A DNA stretch of 64,000 nt from Takakia lepidozioides (lineage: Eukaryota; Plantae; Bryophyta), in contig CM060732.1 of assembly GCA_030704615.1 (NCBI GenBank), positions 73,842,001 through 73,906,000 of the forward strand, given 5' to 3'. The notes below the pieces were generated by a model. That model did no database searches. It was not told the origin of the DNA and saw nothing but the letters and a program-made list of their open reading frames with translations. Position numbers and translations under genes: made by a program. Of the stretch, positions 1-12,700 are shown piece by piece. Position 1 is the stretch's first letter; every line of letters starts with the position of its first letter.

Positions 1-1545
1 AATCACCTTCCAATTCCCCCCTCTTGTTTTGTCATCGGAGAAAAAAACTTGCTCCATGTCTGAAGACCATGAAAAAGGCTCATCGGAGGGACGATGAATA
101 GAGTTGAGTCTATCTGCATTGACGCGCATGAAACCACAATAATCTTGCACTAGTGTTGCGGAGGGCCCCACAAGATGTGGCTGGAACCACCTTCCCTTGA
201 AGAGAAGAAGCCGGTACCTTGTATACTGAAGTTGCAGTATGATCTCAAGCTCTTCAATGTACTCAAGTTTGCTCATAGCAGATCGTGTATCTCCTTTGCC
301 CCACACGGAGTCTTGCCAATATGTGGCACTTAAGCCAGAATCAAAGGTTGTTTTGCGCTTCATGTCAAGAGCACGAATGCGGAAATGACGACCGTGAACC
401 CAAACCGCCGTGTATGAGGTCGTGAATTGAGAGGGGCCCCTTGCAATGTCTTGCACCAAATCTGAAACCCACTACTACGTTTAGGGGGGGTTAGCGATGC
501 CAGGACCCCGGGCGCGCCGGACGCGCCGACCCCCTTGCGACTGCAGCGTCGCACCAGCGTCCGGCTCGGGACTTGCGACGTCGGGGCATCGTAACGCTGA
601 CACTCGGACGACGTTGTGGCATCTTGCGATGCCATGCCGTCGCCGGAAATGGGCCTAACCCCATTTCCCCGCCAACGCACTGGGGGAGTTACCCCCCTAC
701 TGTGACGTCTGGGGGTCGCACTTACGACCCCCGGACGTCCCTAATGCGGCGTCGCAGAAAAAACGTCGCAGAAAAAAACGTTTTTTTTTTTTTTTTTTTT
801 TTTTTTTTTCCTTTTAGCAATGCCCGGACGTCGCAAGTCGCGCCGGCGCCGCGGCCCGGGGGTTTGCGATTCCCCGACGACGCTAATTAGCAACGTTCCG
901 GGAGCGACGTCTCTGCGACTTCCCGACGTCCCAAAATGCCTTGGGCGCGCTCTGGGCCCCGTAGAGTATTTCCGTCGCTAATCGCGGCGGTTGGAGGTCG
1001 CTGGGGCATCGCTAACCCCCCCCCCCCCCCAAACGTAGTAGTGACCACATCTCCTTGAGCAATGGCGTCATAAATTGAAGTCTGAAGCCACTGTTGGAAT
1101 GAACTTAGAGGCTGCAATTCCATGGGCAAATTTTGTGAAGGAACATTCCGGCGGCCCGCTCCTCGTCATGGGCGTCTAGTAACCGGCCTTGGATGGTTCC
1201 GCCTCCATGCAAGCGTCTCCTCCTTTCGTTGCTGAACAAGATTATTGTATCTTGTCTCTCACTCATGTATGGATGGGGTATTCTTCAGCATGAAGTCATG
1301 CGCTTGCTCAATCACCAAGGTCGGCAATTTTACCCTCTTCGATTTTTTGGGCAAAACGATGTCATTGGTTTGTGCATCCTCCTCTTCCTTCCATATCCGA
1401 GGGGCTTCCTCATCCACCCTTGTCATGTACTCCGTAATAGAACATAGTTTTTTGCAACGTATACCCCTCCGCCATGCTTCCCTCCGGTTGCGTCATTTCT
1501 CTTACAAATCATTTCAAAATCTTCATATAACGCTCAAGGAAAACA
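1..1545 (-). pseudogene. CACTA (En/Spm) transposase remnant, DUF4218/DUF4216 region, interrupted by a MITE
   Basis: Minus-strand translation gives ERYMKILK..EGSMAEGY..QAHDFML and ARGP..YTAVWVHGRHFR..DSG..LLFKGRWF..DEPFSW..QVFF..WKVI, typical CACTA transposase motifs. Contains stops and frameshifts. Confidence 0.8.
470..1043. mobile_element. Non-autonomous CACTA element (MITE-like)
   Basis: TIRs CACTACTACGTTT-G(n)-TTAGCGATGCC at both ends; 3-bp TSD ACC (467-469 and 1044-1046); GACGTCGC-type subterminal repeats; flanking transposase frame resumes across it. Confidence 0.93.
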
Positions 1546-2200
1546 AGGTACATGGTCTGGAGGTAGAAAGAGACATTTTTTTGGTGAGGAATTTGGGGTG
1601 TCCAGCCGCATGGTCCCTACTGTGACTGAACATCTTCGTTTTCCGACCTCCTCGTATCGAACACTTGAGTTGTGCCCCGAGCTTTGAATCTTCTTTTGTT
1701 GGGGCAGTTTAATGTTATGTGATCATCGTCTCCGCAATAAAGACATAATCCATTCGAGCTCCGTCTTTGTTTTTCTTATGGCGTCAATGGCTTGAATCGG
1801 ACAGCATCAATCTGATAGAAAGGTGCCCACGAATCCCACTTGAATACCTTCATCGGGGTAGTGTTGTTGATGTAGTCGTAAGTACAGTCGTACTTGTTGA
1901 ACAAAACCGCGAAATCTTGATCTCGTCCCATCAATTTCTCGGGCATGCTGATCTTTGGTTCTCTCGTAATCTGTTGAAGATGAACCGTTGCAGTAGGAGC
2001 TATTGCAGTAGGGACTCGTATGGTTGAAGATCCATTGTTCGACTCCTTTAACTCTGAAATTTGTTGTTGCAAATTGTGGAGAGCGTTGCCAAGATCTTGA
2101 GACTGATCAGCTTGCAATTGGGTGGTAGAGGTACGAAGTTCTTACATATGGAGCTGAAGACTCTGCAATGTGGCGACCATTTCCGCAAATGTGCCTTCCA
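1546..2200 (-). pseudogene. Ty3/gypsy gag remnant with CCHC zinc knuckle
   Basis: REPKISMPEK gag motif in ORF 1776-2117; GLCLYCGDDDHITLNCP zinc knuckle at about 1700-1750. Confidence 0.8.
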
Positions 2201-2239
2201 TCTTAACTAACTAAGGAACAAACTTTAGTCTCGCCAAAC

Positions 2240-2840
2240 TGTCAAGGACGAGAACATGACTGAACACAAACAAGAGATCAGACTAGAGGTACAAGACTAG
2301 ACAAGAAGTCAAGGTCGGCGTGGCCGAATGCACGATGAGTAAATAAGAATCAAGATGATCTTTATAACAATGAACAAGAGTATAAGATATTGGAACACGA
2401 CTTGAATACTGGAATGCTGGAAACTGGACTAGAGTATCAGATATTGGAAACTGGGCTAGAGTACTGGGAACTGGAAACAATAGTAGCTTGAACTGGTGTT
2501 GGCGAGACTGAAGAGTGTCCAGTCTCGCCTCCTATATATACTGGCTACTAAGAAACTTCCCTAAGAAGCTTCCCCTATGGAGGTTTCTTGCTGGAGAAGT
2601 TTCCAAGATTAAACAAAGGTTTCTTGAGGGAGAAGCTCTCTTAAACAAATGAGGTATCTTGATGGATAAGTTTCCTCCAAAAGAAGCTTATTGAGCAGTT
2701 TCCAAGTTACTCTTGGTAATTTGGTACACTCCCGATAACTTGGTAAGTAATGATAAATCATGGTAACTTCTGGTAACATGATAACTTGATAACTTCTGGT
2801 ATTTACTCCTGGTAAGTTCATCTGGGCTATGTCCGTGACA
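2240..2840 (-). repeat. 5' LTR of the Ty3/gypsy element
   Basis: TGTCAC...TTGACA termini on the minus strand, TATATA box inside, followed by a TGGCGAGAC PBS-like sequence and gag. Confidence 0.7.
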
Positions 2841-2929
2841 ATTTTCACGTAAAAAATTTGTGTAAGTATTTGAGGGTGAGGATATATGTAGGACCTGAAG
2901 ATTCGTCATCTTCTAGATCCCATGCATAT

Positions 2930-3525
2930 TGAGTAGAATGTCTGCTCGTCCCTTTTTCGGGTTCTTCACGGCACGCCGACAAAGAAGGGAGTGGTTACAA
3001 AAGGAGATTATCTCGGTGTTAGAAATGAGCTTGAGGAGCAGGGTCGCATGCGCCATCTATGGGCCGAACAAAATGGTGTGGACCCAAAGTGTGTTGTACG
3101 GTGGAAGTATAGGCGCACACCTTGACAATGGACAAAGGAGGAATACAAGAAAGTGATAACCACCATAAGTGTTGTCCGAACACCAACTGGTTATAGGTCA
3201 TCCCTCCGTACGAAGTTCAGATAAGAAGACGGGGTCCATGGTTTGAAGTCTCATGACTACCACAATCTATTGCAAGACATCTTGCCCATTGCAGACGTGA
3301 GACATTGATTTCCGAGGTTCGTGAGACAATCTATAGATTGGAAGGCTTGTTCCGGTGGATTTGCTTCAAAGAGTTGGAGGAAGCGGATTTTCCACGAATG
3401 AAGAAGGAGGCGGCGGAGAAAATGGGTATGTTGGAGATGCACCTTCCTCCCTCCTTCTTTGACATCCAAGTGCACTTGGTAGTGCACTTAGTGGAAGAGG
3501 CTTCGATTTGCCGGCCCCGTTCATT
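2930..3525 (+). pseudogene. CACTA transposase remnant (upstream part of DUF4218 region)
   Basis: GLKSHDYHNLLQDILP and LEMHLPPSFFDIQVHLVVHLVEEASIC motifs. Confidence 0.85.
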
Positions 3526-4275
3526 CCCAGTAAAGATCAGGATGCAAAATCGAGATATCTCCGTAGAAGCACTTTTGGACTCGAGCGTTTCATAGTGTTT
3601 TATTGACAAAGACTTTGCGAAGCAACACAATTTAACGTTGTAAGAAAGAAATTATCGGCCCCTGTTGAAGTCATCGATGGACGACCGTTAGCATTAGGAA
3701 ATATTGACCATGAAACTCAACCTCTTGAAATGAAGCTTAAAAATCAAGCATCACAGATTGTTTTCAATGTCATCTAGTCTCCAACAAATCATGTGATCCT
3801 TGGACTTCCCTGGTTTGTACTTCATAATCCTGACATCGACTTCCGATCACGAAAATTTCTGCAAGACAAAAATACAAAAGTACCAAAGGTATTCAACCCC
3901 TGTTTCTTGAAGCTAGAGCCTTCATGAGAGCTTTATGCGACTCCGATCAAAACCACAACAGACCAAGGTACTTCGACATTATCCACTTAATATCAAGATT
4001 TCAAGGATGTCTTTGAAAAAAAAAATACAGACATGTTGCCAGAACATCGACCTTATGATTGTGCAATTGAGTTGCAAGAAGGAGCTCAACCACCATTCGG
4101 CCCGATCTACAATTTATCTCAAACGGAGCTGGCTGTTTTACGCGAATACATTCATGAAAATTTGTCAAAGAATTTCATTCGACATTCGAAATCACCCGCG
4201 GTAGCACCTATATTATTTGTGAAGAAGAAAGACGGATCGTTACGCATGTGTCTGGACTATCGTGGGCTCAACAAG
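3526..4275 (+). pseudogene. Ty3/gypsy protease and start of reverse transcriptase, truncated
   Basis: ALLDS protease motif; [13 protein letters not shown]...[26 protein letters not shown]-terminus. Confidence 0.9.
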
Positions 4276-4978
4276 CCGGTTATAACCGCCTGTTATTAGA
4301 CCGGTTATATATATATATCCGGAGGAGGTGCAAAAATAAAAATAAAACCGGATATAAACAGGTCCGGCGGAGGCTAGGGGTTGAGATAACCAGCGGACTT
4401 TGAGAACCGGCGAGCAAGTTTGGTTTTTTATTTATTGATATCCGGCCATGGCCTTAAAAAATGACCCGGTTATCAATAAATAGTGTCAACATATACCCTT
4501 GCTAAGATTAATGTGACACCAATCTGGTAACTAAGATGTCCATTATTGATCATCTGGATGATCCAGTTTCAAGGGCTAACCATCTTGCATGGCTGGTCAA
4601 TCCCTGCTTGGCATTTATTTAAGTTTTTTTTTAAATAAAAAATAAAAAATCATCATTTCAATATATGTAAATTTTTATTTTATAAATAATTCATAAACAT
4701 GACCGCAATATAACTGTTTTAAGGACCGCCGGTTATCTACCGGGTTATGAAGTATATTGAACTTCCAGAACCGGTTCAAAAACCCGCCTGTGCAAAGGTC
4801 TTTAATAACCGGAATTGAACTTAACCGGGTTTTTTGAAAACATCAAAGAACTGCCTCCGGCAGGTTATTTTAAATTTCTTTTGCCATTTACCCGCCTCCG
4901 GAGGTTTTAAAGAAGGGCCAATTGGCAAAGAACTTGCACCGGAGGAGCTCACGAAAACCTGATAACCGCCCAACACTG
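4276..4978. mobile_element. Partial hAT-type MITE (one terminus)
   Basis: AT-rich core with repeated ACCGG/ATAACCG motifs, ending in ...AACCGCCCAACACTG, the same CAGTGTTG terminus as the hAT element at 42667-55112. Confidence 0.55.
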
Positions 4979-6849
4979 GTAAATACCCTCTCAGGGCCGG
5001 GTGCCTTCAAGAAGGCTGCCCTGGGACACATGTCACCCCTACACCTGCTTATCCCAATTTGGCTCGTGAACTATCCCTCGTTAATAGGTGTCTGCTTCAT
5101 ACCTTTATTTTTTAATCCCCTTACATGATGGTTATTCATTCAAATCCTGGTCTAGCTTACTATAACCCATGCTTCTTAATTCCTGGAGCACCCTCTAATG
5201 AACAGCGCCCATGCAAACTTGGGGGGCTTATTTATTGGCTTTTGAAGGGGATACTTTTGCGCAAGAGGTGCCATTGTTCCCATTGTATCGTGTTTGCTTA
5301 TATCGATTGAGGTTAGTAGAACATGGATTGATTGCAAAAAATTAAAAGCAGACTGACTGCACTGGCAATATGCAGTAAAATTGTAGAGAAGGGGGGACAA
5401 CATTAAGATGTAGCGAATAATGCAAGGGGGTTGGGTGGGTGGGAGGAGTATCTACGGGAAATGATCAAAGGAATGCAACACTTTGGTGTTGCTATACCAG
5501 GCAGGAAGGAGGTGCACCACCGAAGCTACTGGACACACCAACCTCCAGCAGGGCATTGCAGACTCAAGGGCAGTTGGAAGTCACCTCGATTCCAAACAAG
5601 CAGTCTGTGTTACAGAGATTGTCCACCATCTCCAACCTGGAAATTGCAAAATGGCCAATTTGGAAGCAAGCGACATCCACCAGGGTCCCAACAGCCAAGT
5701 GTGAAGTAAAGTAGAGGACTTTCAGAAGCCAGTGCTTTGGCTTGTGAAGTAGAGAGTCCTGAGAAGATATGTTTGTAGTCCACTGTGGATAGTGGTGCTT
5801 GTCCAAAACGTAGGAAGCGCAACAAAAAGGTGTCAGCTTGGCCATGTTTAAAGACATCAATCCATAATTTGTTGCTCCTGATATGTGGACCAGTATGGGT
5901 AAGAGAACCGTTATGTTCCCCAAAGCAGAGTTCTTGCAATAATCCAAGTGGTTCCCAATCAAGGGAACCACATCTGAGCAGTGCACGCTTGATTTCTGTT
6001 AGTGGCAGCAATATATTTAGACATTTGATTCTGTAACAGTAGAGCTAGCGCACAGTTCGAGCATCAGATGTTAATATGCTAAATAGGGGCGTCAATCTAG
6101 GCATCCACAAAACAAGCATCCACTGGCATACCACCTGCATACCACTGGCTAAATCTGAAACAGTTTGGTTTGAGTAGATAAGGAGATAAGTCCAATGTCT
6201 TTATTATCGCCTCACAAGTCTAGTATAATTTACAACCTGATATTTTGATCTTTCCAAGGTTTTCAGTAGAATATAGCAGCTTGTGAATTCTTCGCACTTC
6301 TGCATAACTCTGCAAGATTCGGATTAGAGAATTATGCTTCGCCATCTAGGGTCATACTTCAAGATCACTCAATCATAAGCCAGTGTAGTGCAATGAACTT
6401 CATACTTTACATATCAGCAGTCAGCTTGGAGTTAGCTTGATGTTGGTAGAGATGTAGCAGCTGTGTATTCAGTTTTGATTGAACTCCATTCATCTTTTTA
6501 CAGTGCAATAGAGTTTAGACTACACTTAACATGGAGCAATGTACTTGAACATGCCTAGTGAAAGATCTCTCGACAATTTGTAGTCATAAATTAGATACTC
6601 CAGGCTGCAGGCAAAATTAATTCCGGATATCAAGTTTGCATCGTGACATTTTATTCTCATCATCTCGTAGGCACCGTGTCTGAAGAAACCTGTACAAGAA
6701 AATATCGCTGAAAGCATTGGCCAAGTACTATCGAATCCCTGCTGCATATTCTACACAATGTGTTGAACTAGGAAGTTGCAGCATATATAGTACATTTCTC
6801 TACAGGTGAGGAAACTAAATCATTAGATGAGAATGCGACTGGCCACAAT

Positions 6850-7810
6850 TTACTGGCCGAAGACGGGGGCATGAACGAATAGCTCAGTAACAATGAGGGA
6901 GAAGAAGCCGATCATGGCTAGACGGCCATTCCAGCGCTCAGCCCTGGCGTTGAAGGGACCGAAGCTTCGGGCGTCGGTGGATTCCCCATTCATAATTGGC
7001 ACCAGAGACGCGTATGTGAGCACTTGCACAGCGATCAAGAAATAGACGAGGCCGGTAGTGCCAGGATTGAATAACTGCTCCAACACTGTCAATCCGGTCA
7101 CCTTCTCCGCAACCACTGCCCACACAAATCCCACCATAGCCTGCAATGTGCCAGCACAAGACGTTTTAATTCTAGAATGCAAACTCTGATGACGGGAAAC
7201 GTTCAGCAAGCATCGACCCTGTCAGGAGTCGATGATTGCGACTGTTCTCGACGTGGAGGGTGACGAGGTGACATTACGACGATGACATGTATGTGAATCC
7301 ATAAATGAAGCTTTGCATCACTAGTAGCTTCAAGTGTGCGCACCATTGCACAGCCTACAATGGGTCTCGAGAAATGAGGAAAAATTGACACTTGATAAGA
7401 TGTTAACTTACCAAACGTCCATTGATAGTCTCGGGTGCGGCTCCATCAAATGCAAACACGCTTGAAAATCCCTTGCTTCCTGTCTCGGGCCTCCTCTCCA
7501 CTTCGGGACGTGGATAGAAAGACCCAGAGTTCGGCTTGGCTCCAAACACTGACCGCTGCTCTGATTCATTAGTTTCCTGGTTCGTAAGGATCTCATCTTT
7601 TGTAATCTCTTTCTTGGTGCTCTTGTCGACTGCTTGCTTCACACCTGCCAATGGTCCCTCACCAGCCTCGCAACGGACTCTGCCTGCAAGGGAGGTCATC
7701 AGCCTCGTAGAACTCGGAGTTACCAGTCTGCTAAAGCTGGACTTAACAGGCAAAGCCTGCAGGCCTCCAAGCTGGGCAGTAGCTGGCATGTGCGAAATTG
7801 TGGCTGCCAT
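6850..7810 (-). CDS. ELIP: Early light-induced protein (ELIP, LHC superfamily), 229 aa; exons 7810-7412 and 7140-6850
   Basis: Transit peptide, FDGAAPETINGRLAM and AERWNGRLAMIGF chlorophyll-binding motifs, GT-AG phase-0 intron, intact ORF. Confidence 0.93.
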
Positions 7811-7989
7811 CTCGTTCAAGGCTCTGAAACAGGTACAGATGCAAATGCGAGCTCTTCAAGTCCCACACCAACTCGAAGCTGATGAACCCGATACTCAGAG
7901 CAAAAGCGAAATCTTGAGAATGTGACTGTTGTGTGTTCTGTCGGCGATGAACTGAGGTGTGTGAGATGGTAGATTGCAGCGACGCAGGG

Positions 7990-8235
7990 CAATATATAGA
8001 ATTAGATCTGAAACCAACCTATTCTCCCGATCGCTTCACTTTGACTCATTACGTGTCAGTGAAAATACGAACCCAACATGATGATCTCACCAACACTCAC
8101 AAAATCGATGATGCGGCACAGTTGCCGTGGCTTCTTCATGGGCGTTCTTCGTTGCGTTCAGGACACTTGGAGTACAGCACTTTTGCACGTGTCCAGATTT
8201 GCCAAGCGAACTTTTTGGTGGAGGAGCCACGTTGA
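7990..8235 (-). promoter_or_regulatory. ELIP promoter: TATA-like box and G-box/ABRE ACGT elements
   Basis: TATATA at about 7993-7998; CACGTGTC at 8186-8193; further ACGT cores near 8050 and 8228. Function is inferred from known light/ABA regulation of ELIPs. Confidence 0.45.
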
Positions 8236-9009
8236 GCGTTAGCATAATTACCACGGACATGTGATCGCTTTCCCCCCTGGCCTGTTTTCCATGCATGTTC
8301 AGGTATAGACTTGATCTAACACGACAGGTTTGATTGAGGGCCAAGGGAAGGGGATGACTCGGATGAGTTATAAGAAGCCACCAGTAGCAATGTCAAAAGC
8401 AATTTGTCACAGCTTTGAAAGCTTGTCCAATGACCCATGGCGTGGATCCCTAAAATAGATCGATGGGCGCTGTAGACGTAAAGTGCTACAGTGACTTCAT
8501 GAGCTTGGGCGCCCCCTCAGTGGTCAGGGAGTGGAGTGGAAGAAAGTGGATTCTTGTCCGATCAATGGCATCTCATCCAGGGTTCGTAGCTCTTTACTCT
8601 TGTAGAAACTAGAAAGTCTCTCCAGGGCTCTTGGCTTTGACAAAGTCAATCACCTGGAGCTGGACGTACTAAAGGTCCTTTAGTATGTCTGAAACGTAGA
8701 TATCTCTCTCGTTTCTTTTTCATTGATTGCACGAGAAAGGTACTTAGTTGCAACCGCTTGCGTGCGTCGATATTCTCTGCTGGATACTCTGTTTTGTGGA
8801 AGATACCCATCACGTGCGTTTTTTATGAACTTGAAAGTTATGAGCATTGCCCACGGAAATATTGTGGCAAGTTTCAAGTGGTACAAGGATTTCCAGTTCA
8901 CTCCTTAATACGGAGGGATTCTTACCACACATGTGACACACGTTGCTGTGGTTCCTCTGGAGCTGTGCAGAGCCACAACGGTCAATCCACTCAGGGAGGA
9001 AATGGATAA

Positions 9010-9430
9010 GGGCATGTTTTCAATGATATTTCCTTGCACAGGTTGCTAGAAGGCTTGAAGCCAAATGGTGTCACCTTTATGTCTCCTCTATGCATGTAAT
9101 TGTGGGCATGGTGGAGGAAGGGCATCACTTTTTTGGTTTCAATGTATCAAGATGATGGCCTCACTCCAACAGTGGAGTATTTCGGCTGTATAGGGGCCCT
9201 TCTTGGCTGTCAAGTCCGAGTGGATGAGGTGAAGGACCTAATAAGATAGTTCCAACTGAACCACTTGCCAAGGTCGAGGACCTTGCTTGGTGCCTGCCAA
9301 GTTCCTACCAAGTTCACAACGATATGGAGTGCAGTACATGAGAACAATGCATGGACAAATGGGATCCGGGCGCCATAGCTTATGCTCACGTTAAAGCAAA
9401 TTCATGGTGGACAGCAGGGTGGACAACAGG
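9010..9430 (+). pseudogene. PLS-class PPR (E-domain) gene fragment
   Basis: EGLKPNGVTF...GMVEEG...GLTPTVEYFGC..LLG...TLLGACQV motifs, broken by frameshifts and stops. Confidence 0.75.
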
Positions 9431-9783
9431 GTACATATTTCCGTCGCAGATGACATTGTTTCCAAGAATTGAGAGTAAATTCGTTCTGAACTGAAGAGAG
9501 TGTCTGGATCTATGAAAGGCCTCAGATTGATCCATATACTGTGAGACAATGTATGGGGCAGCGGGTCCTGCAGCAAAGGCCATAGTGTCATGGCAAGGAG
9601 TGGCCATAGCTTGTGCGCCCGCGTGGCGCACAGGGCCGGGCAGCAGGGTGGTCCGCAGGAGGACCTGTGGGGCAACCCCGGCACGATCGCCACAGTCTGT
9701 GGGACAGTGTGCCGAGGATCGCCATCGCCATCGCAAAGAGTGTTGTGTGTTTGCGAGGGGTTGTGGTGAGAGAAGAAGCGGCC

Positions 9784-12700
9784 ATGGCTCCCACGTCCGT
9801 AGGGAGGCCGGCGTTGGTGGTGGCATTTTCTGAGGTGCGGAGGAACTGGCCTTTCGTGGTTGGCTTCGGTGTCACTGTCACCCTTGTCTTGAAGCTGACC
9901 ACGAGCCTCGATCGTAAGCATCATCTCTTGTTGTGATCGATTTCTGACCTCCAATTTGAGATTCCATGCTCCCAACCTTTAGTAACGATGGCATATCCTC
10001 ATTACCTTCACTGAATTTAAATTGTTTTTCTGTTTATGCAGCGGCGGACGCCCAGAAGTCAACGTTTGTTGTTAGAATTGAGCAATAGCATGAACAAGAA
10101 CTAAAATCTTAGACTAAAGCTAAAACTAAAGCTCTCCTCCCAACCAGAGAAACCACCATCATACTCTTACACTTAGATTAGTGGCTTCACCCCCCAGCTT
10201 GTACAAGAAGGTCTCTAGAAAGTCCTACTTGGTCACTTCCACTTCCACTATGGTGACCATCCACCTTCTAGCCATTCACCTTCCAATGGTGAGTTAAACA
10301 AGTTAGTCACTTAGACTTCTAACCTTTTGGCCTTCAAGACTCTTAGTCTTCTAGATATGTTTAATTACTTCCAACACTCCCACTCATTTAAACCATATTA
10401 TTGAGCTACTTCGCTTGTCTTTGGAGAAGAGACACCAAGTAAGGCTGAACGCTTGATGTGTTTTGTTTGTGGTAGACTCTTCGTTAAAACATCCGCAACC
10501 ATATCTCCTGTAGCACAATAGATCACCTTGATCTCTCCCTTGCATACAACTTCCCATATGTAGTGATATTGCACTTCAATGTGCTTCGTCCTTGAATGAT
10601 ACTTCGGATTCTGACTTAGTGCAATCACACTTTGATTGTCACAATAGAGACTCATAGGTAGTGATTGGAGATGACCCAAATCTCCAAGCCACTTTCGTAA
10701 CCAAATAGCCTCATTTGCTGCTTGTGTAATGGACATGTACTCAGCTTTTGTTGATGACAATGCTGTTGCAACTTGTCGCTTACTAGACCAAGATACAACT
10801 CCACCTACTAGTACAAAAAACGGGTTTCATGACATTTTTTTTTACTGTTTTCATGACTCTTTTGATCATTTTGACTCATTTTTTACTCTTTTGCAAAGAG
10901 TCATGCAGACCGTGTCGTTACGATGACTTTAATATCCGCATCGTGAATATGACTCTGGGTGACATCTCCTGTGAGCAAGATACATGACCCTGTTTTTCGT
11001 CATGTCCGTGACTGTTTTCTAGCAATACACGACTCTCCCCGGACTGCGACGTGTCAATTTCAGATGACGACAAGTGTAGGGACGATGCTATTTCGCACGC
11101 ATGCCACAACGAGCCACATGTTCATGTTGAACAATACCACGTGTTGGATCTAGCAACTTTTCGAGAGTCATGGATCTGCCTGTGGATGCGTTCGTGCCCG
11201 GATACGTGGCGCTCTCTGTATGGTTTCAGATAGGAATGGGAAACTACCCTAGTCATGAGCATGACCATTTTTTAAACTTGTGGTCGTGGATCTGTCTCAA
11301 GTCTCATTGAGTGGTTACGTGGCGCATAGTGTATGGTGTGAATTTGACATGTGAAAGGTATTTGAGTCATGAGCATGACCTCATTGGTTTGAGTTCATGA
11401 GCATGACTGAACACGTGTCACGTTTTGCATGGCTGTTGGTGCCCAGAGTCATGGGCCTGACCCATCTCTACTCCACATATAATATTCTAACTGGCCGAAA
11501 TTTTTAATATTTACCTGAATAACGTTTTTTTTATTTTTTTATTTTTCAAAGAACAGGGACAATGGTTTAATTTGTATTGTATGTTTACTGAATTATTATG
11601 TTTATATGTATTGAAATATTATACCATTTATATACAATTTATAATATAGAGAATATATGCACAAATACACGGTGTCATGAGCGAGTTGGGTAAAAAATAA
11701 TTCGACAATTGATGGAAAATATGAGAGGAAGACACAAGACACTATGTTTAAAGTCTGTGCACATTGCCAAAGGATCAACAAAAAACCTTACTGTTTGAAA
11801 GAATATAATCTCTCAACGGTAGCCCAACTACTCACTGCACATGTATGGATCCAAAAAAGTGACAGACCGAGCACCTTCCTCCTCGCTGATTGTCTATAGT
11901 ATGCCTCCTTCTGCCCCAAGACCTTCTGCCTCCTTCCTTACAAGAGATCAAGAGCGCATGACCTGCACATGAATGTGCACATGAATGTGCACATGTACAA
12001 GCAAATCAACACCAAGTGCAGATTCCAATAGGAGTGTGCATTAAAAGAGAGAAATAATCATAGTTCTCATTTGTTGAAGCATCCAGAATAGTCATTCATG
12101 TGGGCAAGTTCCCATAGACCTGCTTTGGAAAAACTAAGGTTGACTCTTGCTATGCTATAAGGCAGATTTCCAGCTTCAGGTTGTTATGGCAATTCATATA
12201 ATCAAGCCAAAGTTCAGCAAAACCAAGTACCGACTCAGTGGAAGAGAACTGAGCAGACTGCATGGAGTTCAGTTGGAGAGCTATACCAGTTTGAATGCTG
12301 GTGAAAGAAGCTAGTGGAATTAAATGGGCCTCAAAACTTGTTTGCAAAACGACCATAAGAGTGTCCTGCCAACCAAACCCCTTTAGAATGTGATACACAT
12401 AGAAGAGCAGACCGGGATGTGTACCTTAGATAACAACCCCACGGCTAGTTGGAGCTCACTTGGAAAGTAATCAGTGATAATTCATATTTTGCAAACCTGT
12501 GGAACTGCTCCCACCCAATACAATTATATCTTCCTTGCATACATTCAAATGAAGTGTACTGGAGCGTACCATGATGTCCAATGAGCCCAATTTGAAGGAG
12601 TGCAATAAAGCCCGCAATGGCAAGCGCTTTATTCTCAAGTAAAGACTCGTGATTTGTTAATCCATCTCTGGCACAGGGCCCTTCCACTTGAAGTTGTCTG

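Noticed and set aside
5400-6760. Possible degenerate LINE ORF2 on the minus strand
   Set aside because: Only vague resemblance; no diagnostic RT or endonuclease motif could be confirmed by eye.
9386-9975. Long minus-strand ORFs (146 and 194 aa)
   Set aside because: Antisense shadows of the GC-rich promoter and exon 1 of the ATP synthase subunit gene; no recognisable domain.
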